Positions 19,846 through 29,889 of a DNA stretch of 64,000 nucleotides are shown one piece after another. Position 1 is the first letter of the stretch. Each line of letters opens with the position of its first letter. Location: the NCBI GenBank assembly GCA_030550175.1, contig JAUQPW010000009.1:5459-69458 (forward strand), read 5' to 3'. Below the pieces are notes generated by a model. That model was not told the origin of the DNA and made no database searches. It saw nothing but the letters and a program-made list of their open reading frames with translations. This DNA is from a bacterium (lineage in GTDB: Bacteria > Moduliflexota > Moduliflexia > Moduliflexales > JAUQPW01). Made by a program: the position numbers and the translations under genes.

Positions 19846-21051
19846 TTACCCTTTCACCTTTGACTTTTCCCCTTTTACTCTCATAACCGCACGCCGGGCT
19901 GCTTCATCAATGGAAACAGTTCGATCACAGTAAGGCACGCCGTATTTCTCGAGAATTTTAAACCCTTCTCTTTCCCAAGAACCCGGGACTCTAAAAACGG
20001 CAATGGCTTCGGAAGGGAGACGGCCAGATTCTATAACTCCTTTAATCACACCCCGGGCCACTAAATCAACTCGAGTATTGCTCACCACGTTCATGATAAC
20101 CGCTATCTGTTTAACTCCAGGCTTGGAAAGAATCAGCTTGGTCAACTCACAGACTTTTCGGACACTGGGATTTCCACCGATTTCACAATAATTGGCGGGC
20201 TTTCCTCCATGGTTTCGGATAGCATCAAAGGCAGTTAGACTGGCCCCTCCTCCTCCGATAATAAGACCTAATTCTCCCTCAAACTCGATCATCCGTCCGG
20301 CAACCCCCCGGTGATCCAGACTATCGATTCTGGCCGCCTCCCTTTCAAACTCTGTGGCCTGTCGGACTCCAATATCCCGCCGTGGGATTCCGAAGACCTG
20401 TTCCAACTCCGGATGACGGTAAAGGGCATCTTCCTCAATTTCCAAATGACCATCCAAAGCCAACACTTCCCCCTGGCTCGTTCTACCCAATGGATTGATC
20501 TCGGCCAGGGTGGTATCATAGCGGATGAATATCTCGACCAGCTTGAATAAAACTTCTGAAACCTGTAAAAGCTCCTTTCCTTTGATTCCGGCTTTAGCCA
20601 CCACCTCTCGGGCCTGATGCTCCAGGAAACCCCGGGTCAATTTAAAGGCCCGGGTGATAATCTTTTCCCGTTCTACCTTTGCAAGCTCTTCAATATCCAC
20701 TCCACCTCCTGCGCTAAATAAAACAAGGGGGGTCTTAGCCGTTGTATCGTAAGTAACTCCCAGGTAGTATTCCCGTTCCAGGGGAAGTTTTTCTTCGATT
20801 AAAAGTTGACGTACTTCGTGTCCCCGTATCCGATTTCCTAATAGGCGATTGGCCAGGCTTTTTGCCTCGGTCCGGCCAGAAGCAAAGATCACTCCTCCCG
20901 CTTTACCTCTTCCTCCAGATGGAATTTGAGCCTTTAAAACCAAATCCCCCTCCTCTTGAATCTCTTCGGGGGAAGTTATTAAAACGCCTCTGGGAATTCG
21001 GATACCATGATGCTGAAATATTTTTTTAGATTCATATTCAAGAAGTCGCAT
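19846..21051 (-). CDS. Succinate-CoA ligase beta subunit-like ATP-grasp protein (divergent)
   Basis: MRLLEYESK, KAQIPSGGRGKAGGV, EINPL; the C-terminal ligase motifs are non-canonical. Start at ATG 21051 by family N-terminus. Confidence 0.82.
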   Translation of the reverse strand: MRLLEYESKKIFQHHGIRIPRGVLITSPEEIQEEGDLVLKAQIPSGGRGKAGGVIFASGRTEAKSLANRLLGNRIRGHEVRQLLIEEKLPLEREYYLGVTYDTTAKTPLVLFSAGGGVDIEELAKVEREKIITRAFKLTRGFLEHQAREVVAKAGIKGKELLQVSEVLFKLVEIFIRYDTTLAEINPLGRTSQGEVLALDGHLEIEEDALYRHPELEQVFGIPRRDIGVRQATEFEREAARIDSLDHRGVAGRMIEFEGELGLIIGGGGASLTAFDAIRNHGGKPANYCEIGGNPSVRKVCELTKLILSKPGVKQIAVIMNVVSNTRVDLVARGVIKGVIESGRLPSEAIAVFRVPGSWEREGFKILEKYGVPYCDRTVSIDEAARRAVMRVKGEKSKVKG

Positions 21052-21205
21052 AACGTTTTTATAACGACCGCCTACGGTTTTGTCAAATAGAAAACATGTT
21101 AAAACCCGATTCATTGCATTCTATCCGGTTCAGTCTTATACTCTTATACGAAGGTATTCTATTTTTGAATCCTATCCCAGGTTATTTTAAAGGGAGGTTC
21201 CGGTT

Positions 21206-22153
21206 ATTGACTATCCAAAAGTTTTAAAGCCGAAAGCACTCAAAGAAGGTGATACCGTTGGGATTATTGCCCCTGCCGGTCCTGTGGACAAAGAACGCCT
21301 TGAGCAAGGCGAAGGCGTCTTGAAGGAGATGGGATTCCGGGTCAAGTATGAGCCTTCCATTTTGGAATCTTTTAGATACCTGGCCGGAGATGATCGACGT
21401 CGTGGTGAAGAGGTTAATCGAGCATTTGCAGATCCGGAGATTCGAGCTATCTTTTGTGCTCGGGGAGGATATGGCTCCGCCAGGACTTTAGCATTTATCG
21501 ATGAAGACCTCATCAAACAGAATCCTAAAATTTTTGTGGGATACAGTGACATTACCTCTTTTCTCCTCTATCTTTATAAAAGATGCTCCCTGGTTACTTT
21601 CCATGGACCCATGGTTACCATTGATTTATATAAATCCCCTACAGATAAGACCAGAGCCTCCCTTCTTGCTGCTCTTACTTCCTCTGAAGGAACCGATTTT
21701 GAACCAGTGAAGATAGACCCGGTCAATCTTAAAGTTTTAAGAAAGGGTTGTGCCGAAGGAACCCTCCTGGGGGGGTGTTTGTCTATTCTCATTCATAGTT
21801 TAGGAACCTGTTATGAACCGGACCTCCAGGATAAAATTTTATTTCTCGAAGATATTGACGAACCTCCTTACCGGATCGATCGCATGTTGACCCACTTGAA
21901 AAATGCCGGAAAACTCCAACGGGTCGCTGCCATTGTCTTTGGAGAAATGAAACGCTGTCATCCTTCGGCCGAAGAAGGATTCCTTCTAGAAGAGGTTCTC
22001 TCCGAAGTTTTGCAGGATATCCAGGTTCCTATCCTCTTTGGATTCCCTTCCGGGCACACTTCCGTGGATAATTTAACCCTCCCTATAGGGGTGAAGGCTC
22101 GGGTAGATGGGGATCAAGGTCAATTAATTATCTTAGAGTCTGGAGTAGTTTAA
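21206..22153 (+). CDS. ldcA: LD-carboxypeptidase (peptidase S66); probable non-canonical ATT start
   Basis: RGGYG, GYSDIT, FHGPM, LFLED, GH triad motifs. The conserved N-terminus PKALKEGDTVGIIAPAG lies upstream of GTG 21284; SD GGAGG is 8 nt before ATT 21206. Confidence 0.8.
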   Translation: MDYPKVLKPKALKEGDTVGIIAPAGPVDKERLEQGEGVLKEMGFRVKYEPSILESFRYLAGDDRRRGEEVNRAFADPEIRAIFCARGGYGSARTLAFIDEDLIKQNPKIFVGYSDITSFLLYLYKRCSLVTFHGPMVTIDLYKSPTDKTRASLLAALTSSEGTDFEPVKIDPVNLKVLRKGCAEGTLLGGCLSILIHSLGTCYEPDLQDKILFLEDIDEPPYRIDRMLTHLKNAGKLQRVAAIVFGEMKRCHPSAEEGFLLEEVLSEVLQDIQVPILFGFPSGHTSVDNLTLPIGVKARVDGDQGQLIILESGVV

Positions 22154-22238
22154 CCGCCAGGATGTCGGGAACAAGATATAGAGGCCGGACAATCTGTAGG
22201 ATGTCTCCAGGTCCTTACGTCTTAGCGGTTCTAATTAT

Positions 22239-24866
22239 ATGAAAAATAAAACCTCCCTTTTTTTATTGTTTATAGTCCTTTGTTTACTGTTTTTAACCCC
22301 CTATTCCTTTGCCCAGGAGCTACTTAAGTTCACACCGGTTACTCCTATTACGTTGGATAACGGACTTACCGTCATCCTTAAAGAGAACCATACTGCTCCG
22401 GTAGCTACCATGCGGATTTATGTACGCACGGGAAGCATCTACGAACAAGAATATGTGGGAGCAGGTATTTCCCATCTATTCGAGCACCTTATCGCCGGCG
22501 GAAGCACGACCACCCGAAGCGAAGATGAGACCCGACAGATTTTGGATTCTATCGGTGGAAACGCCAACGCTTATACCACTAAAGATCATACTGCGTTTTT
22601 TATTACAACCTCCACCGATCATTTCGATACCGTCATCGAATTGATGGCCGATTGGATGCAAAACAGCACATTCCCGGAGAACGAATTCAATCGAGAATGG
22701 GGAGTCGTTCAGCGGGAGTTGGAACAAGATGAAAATGATCCCGAAAGTGTCCTCTACGATTTAGCATCGGCTAATATGTTTCGTGTTCATCCTGAGAAAT
22801 ATCCCATTATCGGATATAAGGAGATCCTTCAAAAACTGACCCGAGACGATGTGATTAAATACTACAAAAGGATGTATTCTCCGGATAATATGATTGTAGT
22901 TGCCGTGGGAGATTTTAATAAAGATGAGGTTTTGGAAAAGATTAAGAAAGCCTTCCAGAACTTTGAAAGACGGTCCCTTCCGCCGATTACCCTTCCTGAG
23001 GAACCCCCTCAGGTCAGCAAACGGCTTATGGTTAAAGAAATGGATGTTCAGGTAGCCCTGGTTCGGATGGATTTTCGCACGGTTAATCTTCTCCATCCCG
23101 ATCTGTATCCCCTGGATGTGTTAGACTTTATCCTCTCTCATGGGGAAAGCTCTCGACTCGTTAGAAAAATCAAGGGAGAACAGCAACTGGTTTATTCTCT
23201 TTCTACGGCCTCGTATACCCCTCATTATCGACCTGGAAACTTCATGATCAGCATTTCCCTGGATCCTGCCCATTTAGAAGAAGCCCAAAAAGCCATTCTG
23301 AGCGAACTTTATCGACTAAAAACCGAGTTGGTCACAGAAACAGAACTCCAAAAAGCAAAAAAGCAAAAGATCAGCGATTATATTTTCGGCTTGCAGACCG
23401 TTGAAGGCCAGGCTACGGACCTGGGAATCAATATGCTAGGGGCCTTAGACCCTAATTTTAGCCAGAAATATGTAGAAAACATCCAAAAAGTAACCGCAGA
23501 GGATATTCGCCGGGTGGTGAATAAATACTTTTTCGACGATAATCTCTGTATCACTAGGATCGTCCCCAAATCTAAACCTTCTGAATCGGCAACCTCGAAA
23601 AAACCCGAGGAGAAACCGACGCCATCTCCCATTAAGAAGATAGTCCTGGATAATGGAATGACCTTGCTGATCAAACGCAATCCCGGTGTTCCCTTGATAT
23701 CTTTGCAGGCTTATTTTAAAGGCGGTTTGCTGGTTGAAAATGAAAAAAACAATGGAATCTCGAATTTTATGGCCGAAATGCTGTTAAAAGGAACGAAGAC
23801 CCGCACCGCGTTGGATATTGCCAGTTTCTTTGACTCTATAGGGGGAAGTATCGAAGCGAGTTCGGGTAATAATACTTTTTCAATTTCGGCCCTGATTTTA
23901 AGTTCAGATTTTGATCCGGCTTTAGAAGTATTTGCCGATGTAATTCAAAATTCCTCTTTCCCTGTGGAGGAAATGGAAAAACTCCGAAAGATTCTCCTGG
24001 CCGATATCAAGCGAATTGATGAGAACTGGGAGTCCGAATCCGAAGCTTTTTTTAGGCAAAACTTTTTTGTAAAGAGTCCCTATCGTTATTTAGCCCTTGG
24101 ATCCGAAGAAACGGTCGGCCGACTTACCCGTCAAGACCTTCAGGAGTTTTACCGGACATTCTGTGTTCCCAATAACATGGTCCTGGCCATTTTTGGAGAT
24201 ATCGACCCACATCATGCGGAAGAGGCGGTCAAACGAGAATTTTCAAACTTCGAGAAAAATCCATCTTTAAAATTTCCTGAGGTGCCTCCGGAACCTCCTC
24301 TGGATAAAAACCGGGAAGCCCATAAAACTACGGAAAAAACGGTTGCAGTGGTCTATCTCGGATATCGGGGTATGGATATTCGAAATGTGAAGGATCGGGA
24401 TCCCATGACGGTGGTCGATGCAATTATTTCGGGAATTGGATATCCCAGCGGTTGGCTCCATACCGAACTACGAGGCAAACAATTGGTTTACGTCGTTCAT
24501 GCCTACAATTTCGCCGGCTTCATTCCGGGATTCTTCGCTATTTATGCCGCCACCCAACCGGATAAAGTCCAGGAGGTCGTTCAAATTATCCTGGAGACTA
24601 TCAGAAAGATCAAAGAAGATCCCATAGATCCCGAGGAATTGGAACGGGCTAAAAGTGAAGCTATTATTGCTTATGGACTGGAACAGGAAACCAATGTAGA
24701 TCAGGCCCGTGAGGCAGCCATCAATGAATTGGCCGGTCTGGGTTATAACTTTAAGGATAACTATGCCCAACGAATTCGGGCCGTCACCCCGGAAGAGGTC
24801 AAGCGGGTAGTTCATACTTACTTTACCAACTATGTCTTGACCATTACAAGTCCTAAGACGCCGTAA
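22239..24866 (+). CDS. Secreted M16 (pitrilysin-family) zinc peptidase
   Basis: Signal peptide, LDNGL, HLFEH (HxxEH), NAYT; second inactive M16 half. Confidence 0.9.
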   Translation: MKNKTSLFLLFIVLCLLFLTPYSFAQELLKFTPVTPITLDNGLTVILKENHTAPVATMRIYVRTGSIYEQEYVGAGISHLFEHLIAGGSTTTRSEDETRQILDSIGGNANAYTTKDHTAFFITTSTDHFDTVIELMADWMQNSTFPENEFNREWGVVQRELEQDENDPESVLYDLASANMFRVHPEKYPIIGYKEILQKLTRDDVIKYYKRMYSPDNMIVVAVGDFNKDEVLEKIKKAFQNFERRSLPPITLPEEPPQVSKRLMVKEMDVQVALVRMDFRTVNLLHPDLYPLDVLDFILSHGESSRLVRKIKGEQQLVYSLSTASYTPHYRPGNFMISISLDPAHLEEAQKAILSELYRLKTELVTETELQKAKKQKISDYIFGLQTVEGQATDLGINMLGALDPNFSQKYVENIQKVTAEDIRRVVNKYFFDDNLCITRIVPKSKPSESATSKKPEEKPTPSPIKKIVLDNGMTLLIKRNPGVPLISLQAYFKGGLLVENEKNNGISNFMAEMLLKGTKTRTALDIASFFDSIGGSIEASSGNNTFSISALILSSDFDPALEVFADVIQNSSFPVEEMEKLRKILLADIKRIDENWESESEAFFRQNFFVKSPYRYLALGSEETVGRLTRQDLQEFYRTFCVPNNMVLAIFGDIDPHHAEEAVKREFSNFEKNPSLKFPEVPPEPPLDKNREAHKTTEKTVAVVYLGYRGMDIRNVKDRDPMTVVDAIISGIGYPSGWLHTELRGKQLVYVVHAYNFAGFIPGFFAIYAATQPDKVQEVVQIILETIRKIKEDPIDPEELERAKSEAIIAYGLEQETNVDQAREAAINELAGLGYNFKDNYAQRIRAVTPEEVKRVVHTYFTNYVLTITSPKTP

Positions 24867-25142
24867 GCCGGTAAGCAGGGCATGGTAAATTACCTGGTTA
24901 CAAAAACCGCAATCAGTTTTACCATTTCCGTGCCGGGAGGTAACCTGAGGAGTAGAAGGCAGCCCATTCTTTCAGGGGTGGAAGACCTGTACCTGAGCCT
25001 TCCTTGGAAAAGCGCTTGACAGAGTTTTCAATGTTATTAATTTAGGATTAGTAGGTTTTCGGATCTCTGTTATATGGAATAATCCAAACCCCTGGTCCTT
25101 ACCTCGAAAAGGAAAAGAGGGGAGAAAAAAGAGGAGGATGAC

Positions 25143-25673
25143 ATGGCTTTAAAAATTGGAGATAAAGCACCTGATTTCAAACTGTTGGGAGTTGACAACA
25201 AAACTTATTCGTTGGATTCTTTCAAGGATAAGAAAATTGTAACGGTGATGTTTATTTGCGTACACTGCCCCTATGTCAGAGCTTGGGAACCCCGCTTTTT
25301 ACAGATTCAAAAGGATTATGCCGATAAAGGTGTAACCCTGGTCGGTATTACCTCCAACGATCCGGTTAAGTTTCCCGAAGATAGCTTTGAAAACACGGCG
25401 AAATGGGCCAAGGAAAAGGGATATAACTTCCCTTATTTGTACGACGAGGATCAATCGGTTGCCAGAGCTTACGGTGCAGAACGGACTCCTGAAGTTTTTG
25501 TTTTCGATGAAGAGAGAATCTTACGTTATCACGGTCGGATCGATGACAATCACGAAGATCCCACCAAGGTTAAGCATCATTATCTTCGGGATGCTTTAGA
25601 TGCCATACTGGCAGGAAAACCTGTTCCCATCGCCGAGACACAACCAGCCGGATGTACCATTAAATGGAAGTAA
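25143..25673 (+). CDS. Thioredoxin-fold AhpC/TSA family protein
   Basis: IGDKAPDF, CVHCPYV, YGAERTPE, GRIDD, GCTIKW; SD GAGGAGG. Confidence 0.88.
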   Translation: MALKIGDKAPDFKLLGVDNKTYSLDSFKDKKIVTVMFICVHCPYVRAWEPRFLQIQKDYADKGVTLVGITSNDPVKFPEDSFENTAKWAKEKGYNFPYLYDEDQSVARAYGAERTPEVFVFDEERILRYHGRIDDNHEDPTKVKHHYLRDALDAILAGKPVPIAETQPAGCTIKWK

Positions 25674-25677
25674 ATCC

Positions 25678-26466
25678 ATGGAACTCAATCAAAAAATTAT
25701 TTTGATTACCGGGGCTTCTTCTGGAATAGGAAAAGATACGGCCATTGCAATGGCTCAGCGAGGAGCTCGGGTGATTCTTTGCGCACGTTCAGAAGATAAG
25801 CTCCAACAGGTAGCAGCAACTATCCAACAGAAGGGAGGTTTTGCTCTACCTGTTCCCCTAGATGTAACTCAGCGTGCGGCTGTGGAAGACGCTGTTAATA
25901 CTGTCCTGGCCCGGTTCGGTCGTATAGACATCCTGGTGAATAATGCCGGAATCGGTTACTTTGGAACCCTGGTAGATATGCCTCTGGAGGCCATGGAAAA
26001 GGTCATGGCCGTAAATTTCTGGGGGGTCATCCACTGTACTCAGGCGGTCCTTCCTGCCATGATCCGGCAGAAATCCGGGCAGATCATCAATGTAGCCTCC
26101 GTAGCCGGAAAACGTGGAATTCCAGGCCTGGCCATTTACTGTGCCAGCAAATTTGCCCTGGTGGGCTTGACCGAATCCCTCCGCGCTGAGGTGGCCGATC
26201 ATGGAATCCAGGTTATTTTGATCTGCCCCACCTCTACCGATACCCCTTTTTTTGAAAATGCAGGTACCGATGGTAAAATACCCAATAAATCCAGAGGTCT
26301 CGGTATGATGAGCTCAAAAGCCGTCGCCGAAGCCATTGTAGAAGCCTCCATCAAAGGCAAACGGGAAGTGGTTCTTTCAACCTCCGCTAAAGCCCTGTTA
26401 GTCATGAATACCCTTTTTCCAGGCCTGGTGGACTGGGGAATGCGAAAGGTACTTCAACGCCGATGA
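25678..26466 (+). CDS. Short-chain dehydrogenase/reductase
   Basis: TGASSGIG, NNAG, YCASK; start ATG 25678. Confidence 0.9.
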   Translation: MELNQKIILITGASSGIGKDTAIAMAQRGARVILCARSEDKLQQVAATIQQKGGFALPVPLDVTQRAAVEDAVNTVLARFGRIDILVNNAGIGYFGTLVDMPLEAMEKVMAVNFWGVIHCTQAVLPAMIRQKSGQIINVASVAGKRGIPGLAIYCASKFALVGLTESLRAEVADHGIQVILICPTSTDTPFFENAGTDGKIPNKSRGLGMMSSKAVAEAIVEASIKGKREVVLSTSAKALLVMNTLFPGLVDWGMRKVLQRR

Positions 26467-26483
26467 AAGACCACACCTTCCAT

Positions 26484-27431
26484 TCACCCGGCTTTCACAA
26501 ACTCTCTCAAGATATTCGTAACCAAGAATTGCACATTGGCAGGTCTTTCACCCAGTCTTCTCATGAAATAGGGAAACCATTCCTTGCCGAAGGGAATGTA
26601 AATACGAAGATTATACCCTTCCTTCACCAGTTTTTCCTGTAGATCGCGCCGAATTCCATAGAGCATCTGAAATTCAAATCTTTCAGGAGAAATTCGATTC
26701 GCCTTTGTAAATTCTTTGGCTATCTGAATAATGGCTTCATCGTGGGTTGCAATGGCCGGATAATTTCCCTCGGTTAAAAGCATCTTCATTAAGTGCACGT
26801 AGTTCTTGTCTACATCCCGTTTATCTTGAAAAGCAATATGACCCGGCTCGCTATAGGCTCCTTTACAGAGTCGAACCCTGGCTTTTAGGGCAATGAGATC
26901 TTTCACATCTTTTTCACTTCGGTACAGATAAGCCTGAATGACAACTCCTACGTTGGTATACCCTTTCTCTCTAAGCAATCGGTACATATCCAGTGTGCGT
27001 TGGGTATAGGCAGAACTCTCCATATCGATCCTTACAAAGTTCTGATAAGCCCGGGCCTTATCCAGAATAGCCGTTAAATTATCCCAACATAGCTTCCAAT
27101 CAATATCTAATCCCATCTGAGTTAACTTCAGAGAGATATTGGAGTCAGCTTTTACCTCGTCAATTTTTTCCAGAACCTGTATATAACGCATGGCCGCCTG
27201 TCTGGCTTCGACTTCCTGTGTAACATTTTCTCCCAGGGCATCTAACGTTGCCAGGAATCCCCTTTGGTTCAGATCCCGTACCACCTGGAGGGCTTCTTCC
27301 AGAGTTTCCCCTGCAATAAAACGTCGAGCAAATCCGGACTGCGGAGTCATCCCATAGCTGGTAATTACCTGACGGACTGTTTCATTACCGGCCAGGTAAT
27401 GTAAAAACTTTCGAGATAATCCTGAAATCAT
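26484..27431 (-). CDS. Monofunctional proline dehydrogenase
   Basis: RRFIAGE, SLKLTQMG, RIDMES, QAYLYRS, LCKGAY, ATHD, FQMLYG, YFMRRLGERPAN. Confidence 0.92.
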   Translation of the reverse strand: MISGLSRKFLHYLAGNETVRQVITSYGMTPQSGFARRFIAGETLEEALQVVRDLNQRGFLATLDALGENVTQEVEARQAAMRYIQVLEKIDEVKADSNISLKLTQMGLDIDWKLCWDNLTAILDKARAYQNFVRIDMESSAYTQRTLDMYRLLREKGYTNVGVVIQAYLYRSEKDVKDLIALKARVRLCKGAYSEPGHIAFQDKRDVDKNYVHLMKMLLTEGNYPAIATHDEAIIQIAKEFTKANRISPERFEFQMLYGIRRDLQEKLVKEGYNLRIYIPFGKEWFPYFMRRLGERPANVQFLVTNILREFVKAG

Positions 27432-27461
27432 AAAATTCCTCGACCTCCTTACCCTTAATTT

Positions 27462-27477
27462 AGCATATCTTATGCCA
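27462..27477 (-). promoter_or_regulatory. sigma54-type (-24/-12) promoter of proline dehydrogenase
   Basis: Minus strand TGGCATAAGATATGCT fits GG-N10-GC spacing, just upstream of SD AAGGAGG and ATG 27431. Confidence 0.6.
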
Positions 27478-27644
27478 GCTAACCAAAATTTCCTTCCCTT
27501 TGCAAAGTAAAAAGGCCTGTATTATTATGCAGTTGATCTTTCTACAAAAAACCGTTTATTTTATGATATAAACAGAAGCCGGTGGTATATTTTTATTCAG
27601 ACGTAAATCCCGTTTGCTTCATTCTTAAGCTTTATCTGTAGGGT

Positions 27645-28030
27645 GTAACTGTAACCATTTAGCAGGTATCATGTTTTTCTGTCTGAACACCTCTATCCCC
27701 CTCATCCTTAATTCCTCTCCCAAGTTGGGAGAGGGGACAGGGGGTAAGGGGTCGTTCTTACCGAAGTCCCCCTCCAGGGGGAATCAGGGGCTTACGCGCC
27801 AGGATAAGGCTTAACTGAATCTCCTGTGGGAAGTTGACCTGGAGATCTATCGGCTCCCCTCTCCCACAGCGTAGGAGAGGGGCCGGGGGTGAGGGGAAGA
27901 AGAACCTGTTACCTGCATAAGAATTAAGAGTCATTAACAGGTCACCTTACTGCGGCTAACCTTCTTATCCTGGTGCGTAGGGGGAATTAAGGGGTGTTTC
28001 TTCTTCCACCTGCTAAATTGATACAGATAC
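27645..28030. mobile_element. MITE-like element (family B) with a nested family A element and REP hairpins
   Basis: TIRs GTAACTGTAACCATTTAGCAGGT (27645-27667) and ACCTGCTAAATTGATACAGATAC (28008-28030) match at 20/23. Direct repeat CTGTAGGG on both sides (27636-27643, 28031-28038). Confidence 0.7.
27793..27979. mobile_element. Nested family A MITE-like element (copy 2)
   Basis: TIRs TACGCGCCAGGATAAG / CTTATCCTGGTGCGTA match at 15/16; about 50 bp at its right end is the reverse complement homolog of the left end of copy 1. Confidence 0.65.
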
Positions 28031-28166
28031 CTGTAGGGCTTGGCTTAAAAATGGATACGCGGCTTCGTGGTACTATAAACCGTCCCAGTTGTTACCGGCT
28101 AAAGAACCATCGTCCTCTTGTAAGGGTGACAAAGTTCTTTCCCACAGGTAACAAGAAGTCGAGGTT

Positions 28167-29507
28167 ATGAAAACTATTTCTTATCCTCCAGGTCCCAAAC
28201 CTAAATTTCCCGGCAATCTCCTGTTGGCTTTTCGTCGTGATCCGACGGGGTTTCTGTTAGAAGCAGCTCGTAAATACGGAGATATTGTTTATTTTAAGAT
28301 GGGACCTCAACCCGTTTTTTTATTGAATCATCCGGATTATATCAAAGATGTACTGGTTACCCACAATCGGAATTTTGCCAAAAGTCCCAGGCTCGCATTG
28401 GCCAAGAACCTGTTAGGAGAGGGTCTTTTAACCAGTGAAGGCGAGTTTCATCGTCGTCAGCGGCGACTCGCCCAACCTGCCTTTCATCGCCAGCGAATCG
28501 CAACTTATGCCAGGATTATGACCGATTACGGCGTGCGGATGCGGGAGCGCTGGCAGGACGGAATGACCCTGGATGTGGCGCAGGAGATGATGGACCTGAC
28601 CATGACCATTGTTGCAAAGGCCTTGTTTAACGCCGATGTCGAGTCCGAAGCCCAAGAGATCCGGGAGTCCTTGACGATTGCTATTGAATTGTTCAGTCGG
28701 GTTACCCTTCCCTTTGCGGAGTTGATCAACAAACTCCCTCTCCCCAGCAATCGCCGTTTCTACAAAGCGCGGGAATGCCTGGACAGGGTTATCTACGGAA
28801 TTATCCGTGAGCGTCGGGCCCATGGAGGAGATCAAGGTGACCTCCTCTCCATGTTACTGCTGGCTCAAGATACGGAAGGGGATGGAGGAAGCATGACGGA
28901 CCTGCAGTTGCGTGATGAGCTTATGACCCTCTTTTTAGCCGGTCATGAAACAACAGCCAATGCATTGACCTGGACCTGGTATTTACTTTCTCAACATCCC
29001 CATGTAGAGGCAAAGTTTCATGCCGAACTCGACACCGTTTTAGGAGGTCGGCCCCCCACCGTTGAGGACCTTCCCCGGTTGAAATATACCGAGATGGTTT
29101 TCTCTGAGTCCATGCGGGTTTATCCCCCTGCGTGGGTGATCAGTCGTCTCGTTCTCAATGATTATGAGGTCGGCCCCTACGTCATTCCGGCTAACTCCAT
29201 CATCCTGATGAGCCAATACGTCGTGCACCATGACCCCCGTTATTTCCCTGACCCCTTTGTTTTTGACCCGGAACGATGGACCCCTGAAGCCCAGGTTAAA
29301 AGACCCAAGTTCTCTTATTTTCCTTTCGGAGCAGGCCCCCGACAGTGTATCGGGGAATCCTTTGCATGGATGGAAGGGATCATGCTTCTGGCTACTCTAG
29401 GCCAAAAATGGAAAATGCGACTTGTCCCCGGGCATCCCATCGTACTTCAACCTTTGATTACGTTGCGATCCAGATATGGGATGAAAATGACGCTGGAGCA
29501 ACGCTGA
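28167..29507 (+). CDS. Cytochrome P450
   Basis: AGHETT I-helix, ESMR (ExxR), [16 protein letters not shown] heme-Cys motif. Confidence 0.95.
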   Translation: MKTISYPPGPKPKFPGNLLLAFRRDPTGFLLEAARKYGDIVYFKMGPQPVFLLNHPDYIKDVLVTHNRNFAKSPRLALAKNLLGEGLLTSEGEFHRRQRRLAQPAFHRQRIATYARIMTDYGVRMRERWQDGMTLDVAQEMMDLTMTIVAKALFNADVESEAQEIRESLTIAIELFSRVTLPFAELINKLPLPSNRRFYKARECLDRVIYGIIRERRAHGGDQGDLLSMLLLAQDTEGDGGSMTDLQLRDELMTLFLAGHETTANALTWTWYLLSQHPHVEAKFHAELDTVLGGRPPTVEDLPRLKYTEMVFSESMRVYPPAWVISRLVLNDYEVGPYVIPANSIILMSQYVVHHDPRYFPDPFVFDPERWTPEAQVKRPKFSYFPFGAGPRQCIGESFAWMEGIMLLATLGQKWKMRLVPGHPIVLQPLITLRSRYGMKMTLEQR

Positions 29508-29889
29508 TACCACTCACGCCAGGTCGTTAGAGAGACCAGAAGATCTGCCCCATGGGCAAGGATGTTAGAACGAACTATTTTCTTCATAACTGTATCCCAG
29601 CCGATCCCTGCGATAACAAGAAGTTTTTCGGACGTGGAGTCTGTATCCCTTCCTAAACGGTCATAATCTCCAGGTCACTACAAAACGTGAAAATCCTAAA
29701 GCGATGGTTGTATAAAATTAGTTGACAAGAAGTAAGGAAGTAAATAAGAAACTGGAAAGGGTCACAAGGACCAAAGATCCGCACTATTTTGGTTTTTATG
29801 CAGGCGAGACGTCTGTGCTCCGCGGTTTTTATACCCTTTACGGTCAAAACTAAAGCTATTTCCCTATCAAATCATAAAAGGAGAGATCA

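Noticed and set aside
24950-24990. Hairpin resembling an IS200/IS605 end
   Set aside because: Too short and degenerate, with no tnpA/tnpB remnant to support it.
25143-25673. Further selenoprotein candidates among redox genes and other TGA-terminated ORFs
   Set aside because: The AhpC/TSA protein has Cys codons in CVHC, and the other TGA stops examined fall at natural family C-termini.
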